DNA of 64,000 nt, from positions 521,378 to 585,377 of the forward strand of contig RHPI01002069.1 in assembly GCA_009103225.1 (NCBI GenBank), given 5' to 3'. The stretch is from Chlorokybus atmophyticus. Taxonomy: Eukaryota > Plantae > Mesostigma and Chlorokybus algae. A program made the translations under genes and the position numbers. The notes under the pieces were generated by a model, which was not told the origin of the DNA, made no database searches, and saw only the letters and a program-made list of their open reading frames with translations. This document shows, in pieces, positions 26,761-39,105 of this stretch (positions within the stretch are counted from its first letter, which is position 1; each line of letters opens with the position of its first letter).

Positions 26761-28043
26761 ATGTCGGCGTTGGGGTCGCCGTCGGCGCTGTCGTTATCAG
26801 CGTCATGGTCGTCAGGTTCGCTGTCGACGGTCGCGGCGTTGAGGGCGCCGAAGGCGTCCGCGGGGTTGAGGGAGCGTTCGGCATGGGTGAGAGGAGCGGT
26901 AGGAAGACGAGGAGCAAAGCTGCAGGCCGTCTGGAGCCTGCGAGCAGGACGCTCGACAGCTACCCGCCGGTTGCAGGTGATGAGGGGAGTGCGGGTCAAT
27001 ATGGGATATGCCTAGATGTACCTACATGTACGTAGCTGACTTGACTGAACACCCCCTGGTTTGCGCATGCGTGAAGCTGCGGGTATGCGGCAATCCGCGT
27101 GCGGTGCGGGGTCGCATTGATATGGCACGTTGCCGCAGTAGGAACAACGTATGTGCAAACAGCGGCCTTATAGATAGTGTGCTGGTGTTGGCTCTTAGCT
27201 AACAGCTAAACGCAAATCTCCTCAGAGACAATTGCGTTGCAGTTTGTTGCGTGACCATCACGCCCACATTGCTGACAAACGGACTGGCATGATAGGTTTG
27301 GGATTAGGCCTGGGCTGTGTCAATGCTGCAACACTGAAATGCCGGTGCGTTGCTGTCGCAGGTGCTGGCGGCTACCAAGAAGAGTTTCAAGTCGTTTGAT
27401 GACATGATTGCGAACACTGACATGCCTGTGCTGGTGGACTTTTACGCCACTTGGTGAGTGAGCCTTACCAATGTCTACATACAAGCACTACATGAGTTGA
27501 AGGTTGTAAGGTCAACACTGCACAGTTGTACAGGTGCGGCCCATGTCAGATGATTGTGCCTATTCTGTCTGAAGTGAGTGCCAAGCTCAAGGGTCGTGTT
27601 CAAGTGGTACGTCAAGTTGCCTCAGGCTGTTGTATATGCGTGTGACTTGTTTCTCTCAAGGTACCTGTCAGCAAAATGTGTTCCAGGTGAAGATAGATAC
27701 TGAGAAGTACGACGCTTTGGCAACCAAGTACCGCGTTGCAGCTTTGCCCACACTAGTGCTGTTCGTCCGAGGCAAACCCATTGATCGAATAGTAAGTTGC
27801 CGCTTTACTCAATCAAGGCCTACACATCTGATGCTGTATGGCAGCACCTTGCCCGTGCCAATGGAACAAGTGTTCAAAGTTGGCGTCAGTTGCTAGTGCT
27901 CCACTTGTTGGGCCGTACATTCAGTAGTGCCTGCAGCTCAAGCTCCCAGCTGACTGCTCTGTGCACTGCAGGAAGGCGTCCTACCGGCTGATGCATTGAT
28001 TGAGCGCATAGAGTCTGTGCTCTCGCAGGGAGCAACCGCATAA
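26761..28043 (+). CDS. TRX-y: Plastid thioredoxin, y type; multi-exon
   Basis: Transit peptide MSALGSPSALSLS..., then KKSFKSFDDMIANTDMPVLVDFYATW|CGPCQMIVPILSEVS, VKIDTEKY, ALPTLVLF, EGVLPADALIERIESVL. The WCGPC active site is split by an intron. Confidence 0.92.
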
Positions 28044-28630
28044 ACGCGCTACTTCTAGCACTCTGGAGCCTTCTCTCACAGCTATTGGCAGGACATGGCA
28101 GCAAGAGCAGTGCTGCCATGTCCCTGCTGTGCATGTCACACTGCTGTGCTCTCCTAGCAGGATGGCTTCTTTCATTGGCTCAACTAGGCTGGCTGAGAGA
28201 AGACAGGCATGCATGCAGTCTCTATGATTTCACAGTCAATGAGGGACTGCCACACTGTGCACTGCAGCTTTTGCAGCCATAATGACCCTTGTTGGTAAGT
28301 GCTTATGTTGGTGGTAGATACGAGGGAGCATGTTGAGATGGCTTTGTAAATTACGAGGTTGCCGATGCTACTGGGCTATGTTGTATGCAAGAATTGTGAT
28401 AACCCTTGTTGGCATGCGCTCATGTTGGCGGACGTTACGAGGTAGCATATTGAGATGTCCTGGTCTGAGTGTGCTTCGCGTAACTCCGTGTAGATTATGT
28501 ATCACACATTGCCGTTTCGCATTGCATGTACATTGTAGCTTACGATCAGTTCCGTTGCACACCGCATTTGAAGTTGATTACTTATGAATAGTATTGGCCA
28601 ACAGTAAACTTTACCCATGTATGGTTATGA

Positions 28631-28816
28631 CCGTACTGCCACGAAATCTTTGTCAAATCCGCGGGAGCGCTTTACAAAATCTATTAAGTTTCCGCCGTCC
28701 AGATTTTAGGCATTTGGTGACCAATCAGCTGGAATGCATAAGTTGGCGCAGTTTTTACGAAAAATATATTAATTAATTTAGAGGCCTTTTTTAAAGAAGG
28801 ATTCGGGGCACTACGG
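28631..28816. mobile_element. Possible MITE / non-autonomous TIR element (~186 bp, AT-rich interior)
   Basis: Imperfect TIRs ccgtactgccacgaa versus ccgtagtgccccgaa (reverse complement of right end), 13/15 match. TA follows the right end; the left flank is GA. Confidence 0.4.
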
Positions 28817-29467
28817 TACTCTCAGTCATGGTTGACAACTTCTTGTTGATAATGGTCCACAATTGTACAGAAGATTTTGTTGACAAACAGTGGCAAAAAT
28901 GGATATTAGCAAGTTTTGTTAATGAAGAGCTTAAGCTGTAATAGTTTATGAATCGGGGCATGGATTGCTAGTTATTTAGGTGACATGGGTAATATCGATG
29001 GCAGTGGCGATAGGTTGCATGCATCTTTTATGCATTAACAAACTTCACCTGGCGCCTACATCAATCTTATTAAAAGATGTGGCCTCGCCCCGCGACGCCT
29101 TTGAATAATAAATGGCGCACGTGGAGCAGCGGCGGTGGCTGTGGTAGCAATGCGGTGTGGTCATTATTGCAGGCGGCTGCGCAAACCGTTGCAGGTAACG
29201 TTGCAAGGGCAGCATGACGGCAACATGCGTGTTTCTGTGTTAATGTTTCGTATATACGCATGTGCATACGTCAAAAAATGAGCATGATGCGCACATGCAC
29301 TCACATTGCACAACATATCACACACTGCAGCAGTGTAGGTACACACCGCTCCAACCACCCGTAAGGCACACATGTGCACTTGGTTACAACTTCAACTACA
29401 TTGTTTACAAATTGAAAGCCCACCCTACCCCCCAACCCCCACACGTCTATAAATCTCCTCGTAGGGG

Positions 29468-29634
29468 NNNNNNNNNNNNNNNNNNNNNNNNNNNNNNNNN
29501 NNNNNNNNNNNNNNNNNNNNNNNNNNNNNNNNNNNNNNNNNNNNNNNNNNNNNNNNNNNNNNNNNNNNNNNNNNNNNNNNNNNNNNNNNNNNNNNNNNNN
29601 NNNNNNNNNNNNNNNNNNNNNNNNNNNNNNNNNN
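29468..29634. other. Assembly gap (N run) flanked by poly-G
   Basis: N run, with gggg before and about 20 G after. Confidence 0.99.
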
Positions 29635-30698
29635 GGGGGGGGGGGGGGGGGGGGCTTAAGTATGTACGGTGCTAATGGGTTCGTGATAAACGTTATGTGT
29701 GGTGTGTTAGGCATGGTGACAAATCCAACCACAATACATGCGCATGCTGTAAATGTGAGGGGACTGATAAGGGGGCTGATAAGTCGTTGGTTGTGTGTTG
29801 TGTTTGCATAATAGACTTATGTACGTGATGTTGCGTTTATGGGTGGTTGCACTGACTTTATTGAATGAAGCCTTGCGTGCTATGTGACAATCTCTTGAGA
29901 TGTGACCGTGATGTACATCAAATGCAGGACATGCATGCGCATGCACAACGTGTAGTCCAGTCAGCACGCAGCAACATATGCAAGGTGTCGTACAAATGAC
30001 ATTTGGTTGACCACCGGGCTACCACTAGCACTTTAATCTACTGCCTCTACCCCGTTAGACATGCAGCAGTCAATATGCAGTTGGTAATCACCTGCCCACA
30101 TGTGTGTTCGTTGTAGCTAGGTGCGTGACTGTGGCCATGAACGCTGTCGTGCCCAGCTGTCTGTCTGTCTAAAGCGTTCTATCAATTTGTAGGCATAGCG
30201 GTAACCGTTGTCTTAAACTGAAACATGAAAAGTCACAAGCAAACTTTGCAAGGTACTGTTTCATTATATCGTGTTGATCACGAGTTGCAATGGGAACTGC
30301 ACACTTTGCAGACCTTGCAGACTCCATCACTTCTCGTTCCAACGACAGCGTGCAGCTTTCAACCCTCGCTGCCTGCGCAACACGCATCAACTTGCGCGCG
30401 GTTGTGTTCAAACCGCAAGCAGGGTTAGCCCTGGTTGTCGTCCTGGGCGGCGTGGTTGGTGGTGTGATTAGAGGCGTGGGCGGGAGGTTTAGTAGAGCGC
30501 ACTCCGGGCGGTTGGGGGGTGAAAGATGGCGGGATCAGGCAGCATTGTTCCGGTTGCTGCAGGTTGGAAAGTTCAGCTGCAGCAGGTCTGAAGGAGGTTT
30601 AGCATTCGCCTTCTTAGCAGCAAGGATTCTGCCTGTGTGCAAGTCACACAGTGTAACGGGCATGTTGCGGTGAGGGGCCAAGGGAGGGGTGTTGTACG

Positions 30699-33600
30699 AT
30701 GGCGGCGGTGCTACCTCCCAGTGACAACGTCCACGAGCAGCAGCAGGCCCCTCAGGTCATAAGGTGTTTTGAGGTGAAGCTAAAGGGGGTTGGCGAGGTG
30801 GTGTCGTGGAAGAAGCTTTGCAACGCTGCAAGCTCCGCCGCCGCCGTCGGCAAGCCTGCAAGCGCAGCTGGCGGCACGCATGCTGACGCTGCGGCCGCGG
30901 GTCAGCGTGCACCCAACGCCGCTGCCGCCCTAGAGGCGCGCCTGGCAGGCAAAAGCCCCGCTGAGGCCTTGCCGCCTGCCCAGCCTTCTCAAGCCAACCC
31001 TACAGAGGTGAGTTGTGGGGCCATGTGATAGCATTGTTGCACGAAACCACACAAAGCACCAGTCTTGGTAGTCATCTTGCTTGAGACAACTTGCATGCGT
31101 TATGTTGTGCATTGCAACCAGGTTTAAACTGCATGCCTGACTGCATGATGCATGCTAGCAGTGGGCCATTCAAACATGTCACAGCACGCGCAAGACCGAG
31201 CTGTTGTTGTTTTTGGGTCGTTGCTTGCAAAGCAGGTACATTGCATATCCGGACTGCAATTAGTCGTAGAAGTACATGGTACCGCACAGCATTGCACTTT
31301 GGTGAATCCTGCAATTGCTGGTTGTCCATCTGGTAGTGAGTGCATACTTCAAATTGGTAATGTGAAGCTGTCAAACAATGCCAACAGACTGAGCGACTGT
31401 GGTCTTGCCACTGTTGGTGGTATTCCGCCTCGTGCAATGTCTTGAAGCATGCTATGCCTTGTGCAGGGCAATGGCGCTGGCGCACCGAGCCCCTCTAGAC
31501 CTGCCTTTGAAGCACCGCCGGTTGGCGTCAATCGAATGGCAAGCGTCGTTGCCAATCTTGAGAACTACTACAAGGTAATGTATGTGATGCCATTTTTGCG
31601 TAATAAAGTCTCTATCACCTGTTAAGAGTGGGGAGCGGACTGCGAGGTTGTTTGCTGGTCTATGCTTGCTACGCAACCGTTTTCCAAGTGCAATAGAGTG
31701 GCTTCGCTCATGCTGCACTGGATTTTGCAGGCGCCCGACAGTGACGAAGACATGCCCGCTGCTGAGGCCGAGGGTGGAAAGCATGCAGTCCATTCAGACT
31801 ACTATGACACCGATGACTCCTTCATTGACGACGCTGAGTTGGTGCGCGCTATTGCTGCAAGTTGTCAGGCCTTGCTTGAACGCGCTTGATGTTTATAGCG
31901 ATGTCCCATGCAGAATGATTACTGCCGCGCCACTGCACGCAAAACGAAGTACAACGGCTACTTTGTGAACAATGGCCAGTTGGAGAGGTGTGTGCTCCCA
32001 TAGCAAGTTTACGCAAGGGCCATCACAATGGTGTACCGGCGTTTTTGTAATTACATTGTTACTGATTGGCAGTGTTTGCTGGTGCAGTGATGAATTGCCA
32101 CGAAGAGCTGTCAAGAAGATGAAAAAGGTTGTGAAGCGGCGTAGAGTGGACGAACAGGGTCCCACCATCGAAACAACAAAACAGCCTAAGGGTCTGAAGC
32201 CTGAAGGAGAGCAGGCTGCTGCGGGTGTCCCAGCTGCTGCCCTCAAAGTGGTGCGCAAGCTCAAGCTTAAGCCCCTGACCGCCCTTGCAGAAGGTGCAAG
32301 GCCCTCGGCGCAGGCAGCCACAGCTGCTACCCCCAAAGTGGTGCGCAAGCTGAAGCTTCAGCCGCTGACCGCTTTTGCAGAAGGTGCGAGGCCCTCGGCG
32401 GAGCCAGCCACACGAGCTGACATTGGGACCAGAGAGGACTGTGCTGCAAACGATACCTCCTGTGGTCAACCCACACAATCGCTGCAGCAGATGAAGGCGG
32501 TGGCTAGGTTTTCCAGTGCTCCATTGTTGAAGTCTGCTGCTGGAGAATGCGGAACAGCACCAAGCAATGATGGCAGCACAGACTTGCTGGCAAAAAAACT
32601 CACCAAGGATGGCAGGCCCAAGAAAAAGCCTGGCCGGAAGCCTGGACAGTCCAACCGTACAAACGGTAGCGCTCAGCCAGCATCTACTGCTGCGCTTGCA
32701 CCAAGTACCTCCAAGTAAGTCGTTACCGGCTGTGACTTACTTGTAGTCTACGGTACGTACAGTCATGTAGTGACTTGTAGTTTATAGGTTTGACAAGCCC
32801 ACATGCGGCAGGTTGCACCTTGAATGTTGAGACTTGATGACATGTTGGCAGGCATGTAGTGACTTGTAGCCTACAATTATGACAAGCCCACATGCAGCAG
32901 GTACCTTGAAAGCGCTAAGACTTGATGACATGTTGGCAGGCCGGAGGAACGCGAATTCACGCAGCTTGCAGTTCTTGCATCACCAGCTACTTTGTTGGGC
33001 TTGAGCAAGTCCCCAACAGTTGGATCACGACCGAACCTCTCCCTGGGTGCAGGGCCTGCTGAAACCTCCCCACAGCAAGTGAGCAGTGAAAAGTACAAGA
33101 GAAGACGAAGCAGCGACCAACCTGCTTCTGCTTCCAAGAAGTCTTCCAAGTATGAAGCGATGTTGAACACTGCCATTGAAGAGCTCAAGGCAGAAGTGGG
33201 CAAGCAGCAACTGCGCAGGGAGGACTCAGGAGACGCTGCTACGACACCACAACCAGAGGTAATTGCAGCAAGTGTGAGCTTCTGATCAGGCATGTTCTCT
33301 CATAACTATAATAGGCCAACAGTGCAGTCACTATCAGCATGCGCATTGGCACTGGTTTTGCCACATGTCAGTTGAAGTTCACGCACACGCAGGGCGACAT
33401 GCAGTTGAAGAAACAGAGGTTGGCTTGGAGGTCGCTGGACAAGGTGATGGACAGAGTCACTGCGCTAGCTCGGCAGACCTCACATGAAGGGAGAGTGGAA
33501 GCTCGCATCATTGATAAACTCATGGCGTTTTTGTCGCCGTACATCAACAAGGCCAGCCTCAAGGCGCGGATAAAAAGACGGCAGTCAATGTGCGCGCAAG

Positions 33601-34298
33601 CCCTTGGCAGACAATCAGCTAACTTGTGTGCTATGAGAGAGCAGTTGAAAGCACGCCTGCAGCAGGATGTTGATGCTCAGCATTCTGAGCAGGCGAATGT
33701 CACCAGCGGTCCCACTGCGGATGCTGCACCACCTCATCAGGGTGACATATCTGCTACTGTCTCAGCTTACCACTGGAAGAAAGACGTCGAAAAGCAGGTG
33801 CATAGGCTTGTGAGTGCGGAGCTCGAGGCTGCGGTGTTCAGTGGGCAAGTGGATGCAAGCAGCCCAAAACTTCTAAGCAGCATCTATGCAAGCGTCTCGG
33901 AGCATTGGCCAGCAGCCTGCAAGGTCGCTGCCACTGATGTCAAGGAAGCTTGCCATCGTGCATCGAGAATTCTTGGCCGTGTCAACAAGCGAGTGAAGCA
34001 AGTCTGCAATGGTACCACGAAGGTATGCAACCTGTGCATCAGGCTGGTTCTTGACAGCTCGTTGATGCGCTGCTCATATGTGCAATTGACACAGGCGCCA
34101 AGGCCACGAAGCCGCCAAAAACACACTCTGGCCGCACCACCTCCTGCTACGGCTCCTGCTGTTTCCCCTTCTGCCCCTGCTGACAGTGACCATGTAACCA
34201 TGTCCGACACACAGGGAACGGAAGCAAGCACAGAAACAGACAATGAGACCAAGGCGTTAGCCAGGGCAGGCCACAGCGTGTACAGTACAGGCGACTGA
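30699..34298 (+). CDS. UBN1: Ubinuclein (HIRA-complex subunit, HUN/HPC2 domain); multi-exon
   Basis: N-terminal VVSWKKL; HUN motif DYYDTDDSFIDDAEL|NDY...TKYNGYFVNNGQLER; middle domain KQRLAWRSLDKVMDRVTALARQTSHEGRVEARIIDKLMAFL. The 3' end is approximate. Confidence 0.85.
32233..32412 (+). repeat. In-frame 90-bp tandem repeat (2 x 30 aa) within a ubinuclein exon
   Basis: AAALKVVRKLKLKPLTALAEGARPSAQAAT followed by AATPKVVRKLKLQPLTAFAEGARPSAEPAT. Confidence 0.9.
32764..32940 (+). repeat. Intronic tandem duplication (~88 bp x2) that includes the splice acceptor
   Basis: catgtagtgacttgtag...gacaagcccacatgc...gacttgatgacatgttggcagg occurs from 32764 and from 32853. Confidence 0.85.
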
Positions 34299-35589
34299 AA
34301 TGAGGTGACCTCGATTGCTGCATCACTTGCAGGAGGGCAATGAGCATCAGATTTGTCAATATGGTGCTCAACGACACATGTATAGCGTTACTTTTGGCTC
34401 AACTCGCATGAAGCATTGTGAGAGGCACCTTTGATGGGGTTGCCTCGGTGAATTTGGGCTTACTTACACACATGGTGGCTTGTCGAGCAGGCATTGCAAG
34501 TGAGACACATTGGCTTGCATATGTATGAATGGGATGCTTCTATGCCGGCAGTGTAGGCCGCGAAGTGCTGCAAACACAAGTGTTGAATGAAGGACTCTTT
34601 TGCTGCCATGAATCATCTGTTTTGTTGCTTCATAGCCTATATTGGCCTCCACCAAGCTCCCTTAGTTAAGTAGTGTTTGTTGTTGTGCTGGTTACATGCT
34701 GAGTTTTGCTGCTCGTTCTGCTGTGCCAATGCCTTTGTTTCCTGCGCCCCTCTACTCTACCATAAGCAAACTCAAGGAGAGAAGAGAATGCGCATAGGGA
34801 GGTTCTCCGCCATACCGGTCGAGCTCCCAAAGCACCCACAGAGACTCGAGGGCAAGAGCACATAGGTTATACGTGCGAAAGATGTGGAGGAGATAGTTTG
34901 CGACCCTGACCGATATACATGTATGTACCCATGTTTTCTTGCATGCATGTACTTGAACATTTATGCAATGGTTGCTGACAAACAATGGCCTAGCAAGCTC
35001 TGTTGTGACCAGACCACTGGCTTCATTATGCCAAGATCTCTATTGATACAGAATGGTAAGAAAGTAGCTTTAATACCAACGCCATGGTACACGTAACATA
35101 AAATTTTCTATGGTTATGCAAAACGCGGGCACAAACGCAAAAATGTTGCATGAACTGCAAACCCTATGATTGGTCCCATTGCTCCCACAATGACAATAGG
35201 TCCATTAAGCACCTTGAGTTGCGCGCAAGCTTGTTCTGAGCTGTGCCCCGATCTCAATGCACAGGATATGCGCGAGACAATTGGCGACATGCATGACGTC
35301 ACAACAGCATAGCATACCGACCAGCATGCAAACACAGTCACATACACCACCACCGGGCTATATTGACTGCCTGTTTACCTACCACACTACCCTACTCTAG
35401 ACCTCCCCGTTAGGCATGCATACATGCGTATTGTTGGTTGATTACCTGTGCAACACACGAGCAGCAGCGTCAACCACGATAGTCCAGGTGCAGCGTAACA
35501 GCAGCAGGCAGCATGCAGCACACTCCCTCTCCCTCCCTCTCTCCCCCTCTCCCACAGTCTCCCTGTATACAGCTGGTGTCAATCCATGC

Positions 35590-37674
35590 CATTTTGTATC
35601 CACCTGCTGCGGTTCCCAAACGACAACATCAATCTTCAAAGTTTCATTAACCAAAACCCTTTTAATAAGAGTCGAGTATGTCCGCAATCGGTATGAATTG
35701 CCGAATGCCAGAAGCCGGACGCGCGCTTCCGTACGCTTGCTCTTTGCTCACCTCTATGCAGAAGTTGCAATCGTCATCAGGTGGTGAGTTTCGCATGTCA
35801 ATTAGACAGGCTAATTTCTATCTATCTGTGTGCGATGCATAGTGCTTGGTGAACCTCTAACGACTGCTCTGTGCTTGTTCTTGTCTTTCACAACCGTAAT
35901 CACAGCCGCTTCCGCTGGCCGTGACCATCCGCGCTGCAAGTTGTCAACATTTGCCACATCAAGGTAGACGCCCAGATGTTGCGGAGAAGACAGGCTTTTT
36001 AAAAATACAACCAGCCTCCTACACTGGGGTAATGTCAACACGAGAGCCCACAATTGTGGTGCTTGCGTTAAAAATCAACAAAAAAGTGCATATCAGCGGC
36101 CGCCGTCGCAGGGCTCAGTAATAACCCTTTGTGGTAAAGTGTGTGAACTTCTCAAGGCGGATGCGCTTGCGAGCTCGGCGCAGATGTGGCGCCCAACAAT
36201 GTTTTTACTCGATTTCAGCATGCACGCTGAGTAGTTGCTTATAGAACAAGGCATCGACCACCAGCTGCAGGCACTCGTTGCTCTTGTGGGTTAGGGGCTC
36301 AGCCGGCTGTTTGTGCAGAATATGTGCAGAGGCATGAGCGAGTTACAAAGCTTACAAGCATCGGCTATTGCCTCATCATTGCTTCTTGCCCGCGGGTTTG
36401 TGAGCCAGCCGCACAGCAGTAAGACTTCTCGGCGAAGCGGCATGTTTGGCTTCATCATCGTCCGCAATGAGAAGCACCTCAGGTTGACCACTAAGTCGTC
36501 TTTTACCAACAAACTCTGCACATGGATGCAGGCTCGTGTTTGCGTATGCATGAGTGCAAGTAAGGAAAAGGGCGACATAGATAGATTTGTATGCGTGCAC
36601 GTGTGTACATGCGCTCGCATAGACATATACACATACATTGAGTGTCTCTGGGGACAGTTGCAGGAAGCATTGGTTCTGACTTTTCCTTGCATCCGCACTC
36701 TCGTCCGTGAAGAATTTTTGTCGAATGACCTTTTCGGCCAATGCCTTTACGTTTTAAAATAGTACTCGTCTGGCGATTGACAGTACATGTCACAACCCTA
36801 TTTAAAGACCGGCAACGCAAAAAGCAATCGACGGTTTGCTCATGTGTGGTGCGCGAGACACACACCTGCCACTCTCAAGGTGTGCAGACAGTTGGTGACA
36901 TCAAGTTGTTGTTTCAGGGTTTAACAACACTCCAATCGCGCTGTATCCACCTGCTCAACCCCAGGTATCAGTTAATAAGAGCTGAGTCCCATATCACAAT
37001 GGACAAGCTCATATGCAACATACATGCACAAAAGTACCTGAAGGCAATCGCTAGCGGCCAGCAATTCCTCTACTTCATCGGCTCGGTCGATATCAATTTA
37101 CACAAAGTACAAGCATCACAACTACCAACTGCCTGCGGATAAAAGAAAGCGGAAAGGCTCGTCTTGTTAGTGTACATGCTCTCAATGATGGCCGCGACCG
37201 CCTCGGGGTGGACCTCCTTCAGGTCAATCACGTCCGACGCGCTGTCGCAATACACGTCACTCGTGAACAGCGTACGAAAAAACTTGCACGGGAGGCCACA
37301 TATGACCAGCAACAAGACACATTAATGCCCAACCTAGCAAGCGAAAAAATGCATGCTCCAGCCCATGCATGTGTGGGCACACGCACACGCACGTACATCG
37401 AGTTTACGGCAATCACGAGACGGTGTGCGCGGATGTGCTGATTGCCGATCGTGATGGTCACATCGCAGAGTTTGTCTATCAGCTGGTCAGTGCAGATAAT
37501 GATCTACAACAATACTGCTGTTTGTTGTTCATGTCCGGCTCAGCTCTCACCTGCTTGCCACAAGTCGTATTGGGCAAAGAACGCCTCCGCGATATCATCA
37601 TCTCCCAGCGACATGATGTTCGCAGCGTCTGTGCACGCGACTAAGTTTGCATCACACGATGTCGCCATAGCCAT
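35590..37674 (-). pseudogene. BTB/POZ-BACK-MATH domain gene with an in-frame stop and frameshifts
   Basis: BTB: LCDVTITIGNQHIRAHRLVIAVNS, FFRTLF, VIDLKEVHPEAVAAIIESMYT, EELLAASDCLQ. BACK: CC*TLKQQLDVTNCLHTL, CFLQLSPETL. MATH: HLGVYLDVANVDNLQRGWSR, RQFIPIADILD, LVNETLKIDVVV. Lesions at 36921-36923, ~36750 and ~35662. Confidence 0.7.
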
Positions 37675-38347
37675 GCTGTAACCACACAGTCATCAGTACC
37701 ATCAGCGTCATGACGTTGATTCAACATGAGGGTGGTAAAGTAAAGTGTCTGGTTCAGTAGCTACTGCAGACAAGAAACGTTTGGTGATGTTGCAAAAACT
37801 CAAAATGAACTTGTCAGGACCCCTCTGCTTGTTCACGCACACCCACAGATCCAATGAGGAGGCAGCATGGGTGGCTATGCATACACGCTGGGCAAATATC
37901 AATGTGATGTCTTGCACATGACAAGCAATGCAATGCAGGACATGAAATGTTCGCAACATGTGATATATCCCAATGATTGGAAACGGATTGCACCAGTCAC
38001 GCGCAAGTGCATACATTTGCAAAGCGTCAATCCCATCTTCTATCGTCATGCTTGGAAGCTTGCTTCTCATGCACTACAGCATCCTAGTTATGACAAGAGT
38101 CCATCTGTGCTGCGCACACATCGCACATCAGATATGCATACGCACTCCATCGCAATCCACCCTGTGCGCAAGTCTATCTATCTAATGACCCATCACGCAC
38201 AATCGCTGAGGCCAGTCGCAGAGCTGGCCATGAATGAGTGATGAACACAACAACATTGGCCTGCAATGTGCAAAGCATTCTATGTACAGCCTGCCTCCAA
38301 CGCATACTCACACAACAACACAGTGCCATCGGCACAGCCATAAATTT

Positions 38348-39105
38348 TTAACTGCCGAGCATAGCGACACGGCGCTGGTGGCGTCCGCCCTCGAAATCGG
38401 TGTCAAGGAAGGCATGCAGGCATTCGAGTGCGATGGCGGGGTCGAGGACGCGGCCGCCGAGGGCAATCACATTGGCGTCGTTGTGCTGCCGGCAGAGACG
38501 CGCCGTATCCACGCTGTGCACGAGAGCGCACCTCACGTGCGCGTGCCGGTTCGCTGCAATGGATATACCAATGCCTGTGCCGCAACATAGCACGCCCCGG
38601 CCCACCTCCCCCATCTACAAAACAAAGGTATCATCATCAACATCATCATCATCATCGTTGTAGTCGTTCACTACGATGCAGACTCGCTGTTTGCAATAGA
38701 GAGACAGCGTACCACCTTGAGTGCTTCAACCATGGTGTTGGCGATGATGGGGTAGTCGACGGAGTCGGGGCTGTGGCAGCCGAGGTCCATCACCTTGTAG
38801 CCCTTATCCGCCAGGTCCTTCGCCAATATCTGCTTCAGCTGCACGCACACATTCCAGCGGCTAAGCGCATTTAACATGCACACGCATGCACTTACGCGTG
38901 CACGCCTGCGCACGCGGGCACACATGCACATGAAAAGCTGAGTCACCAATTGGCAAAACGCTCCCTTCCTACAGTGAGAAGGGACAGGCAGTTGCTTGGG
39001 AGTGCATACCTCATACCCGCCATGGTCGGAGGCAATGGCAATGACTCTGTCGTCTGTTGCTGGTACTGCTGCCGTCTCTGTGTGTGAATTCTCTTGGGCA
39101 GCCAT
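38348..39105 (-). CDS. rpiB: Ribose-5-phosphate isomerase B (RpiB/LacAB family); 3 exons
   Basis: IAIASDHGGYE|LKQIL, DLGCHSPDSVDYP, GVLCCGTGIGISIAANR, CRQHNDANVIALGGRV, FEGGRHQRRV. Confidence 0.95.

Noticed and set aside
26412-26999. Minus-strand ORFs upstream of and overlapping TRX-y
   Set aside because: Low-complexity GC-rich promoter/5' region and the antisense of the TRX-y transit-peptide exon.
30169-30673. Long open frames on both strands upstream of ubinuclein
   Set aside because: Pro/Thr-rich low complexity and no family match. Cannot be excluded as an exon, but unsupported.
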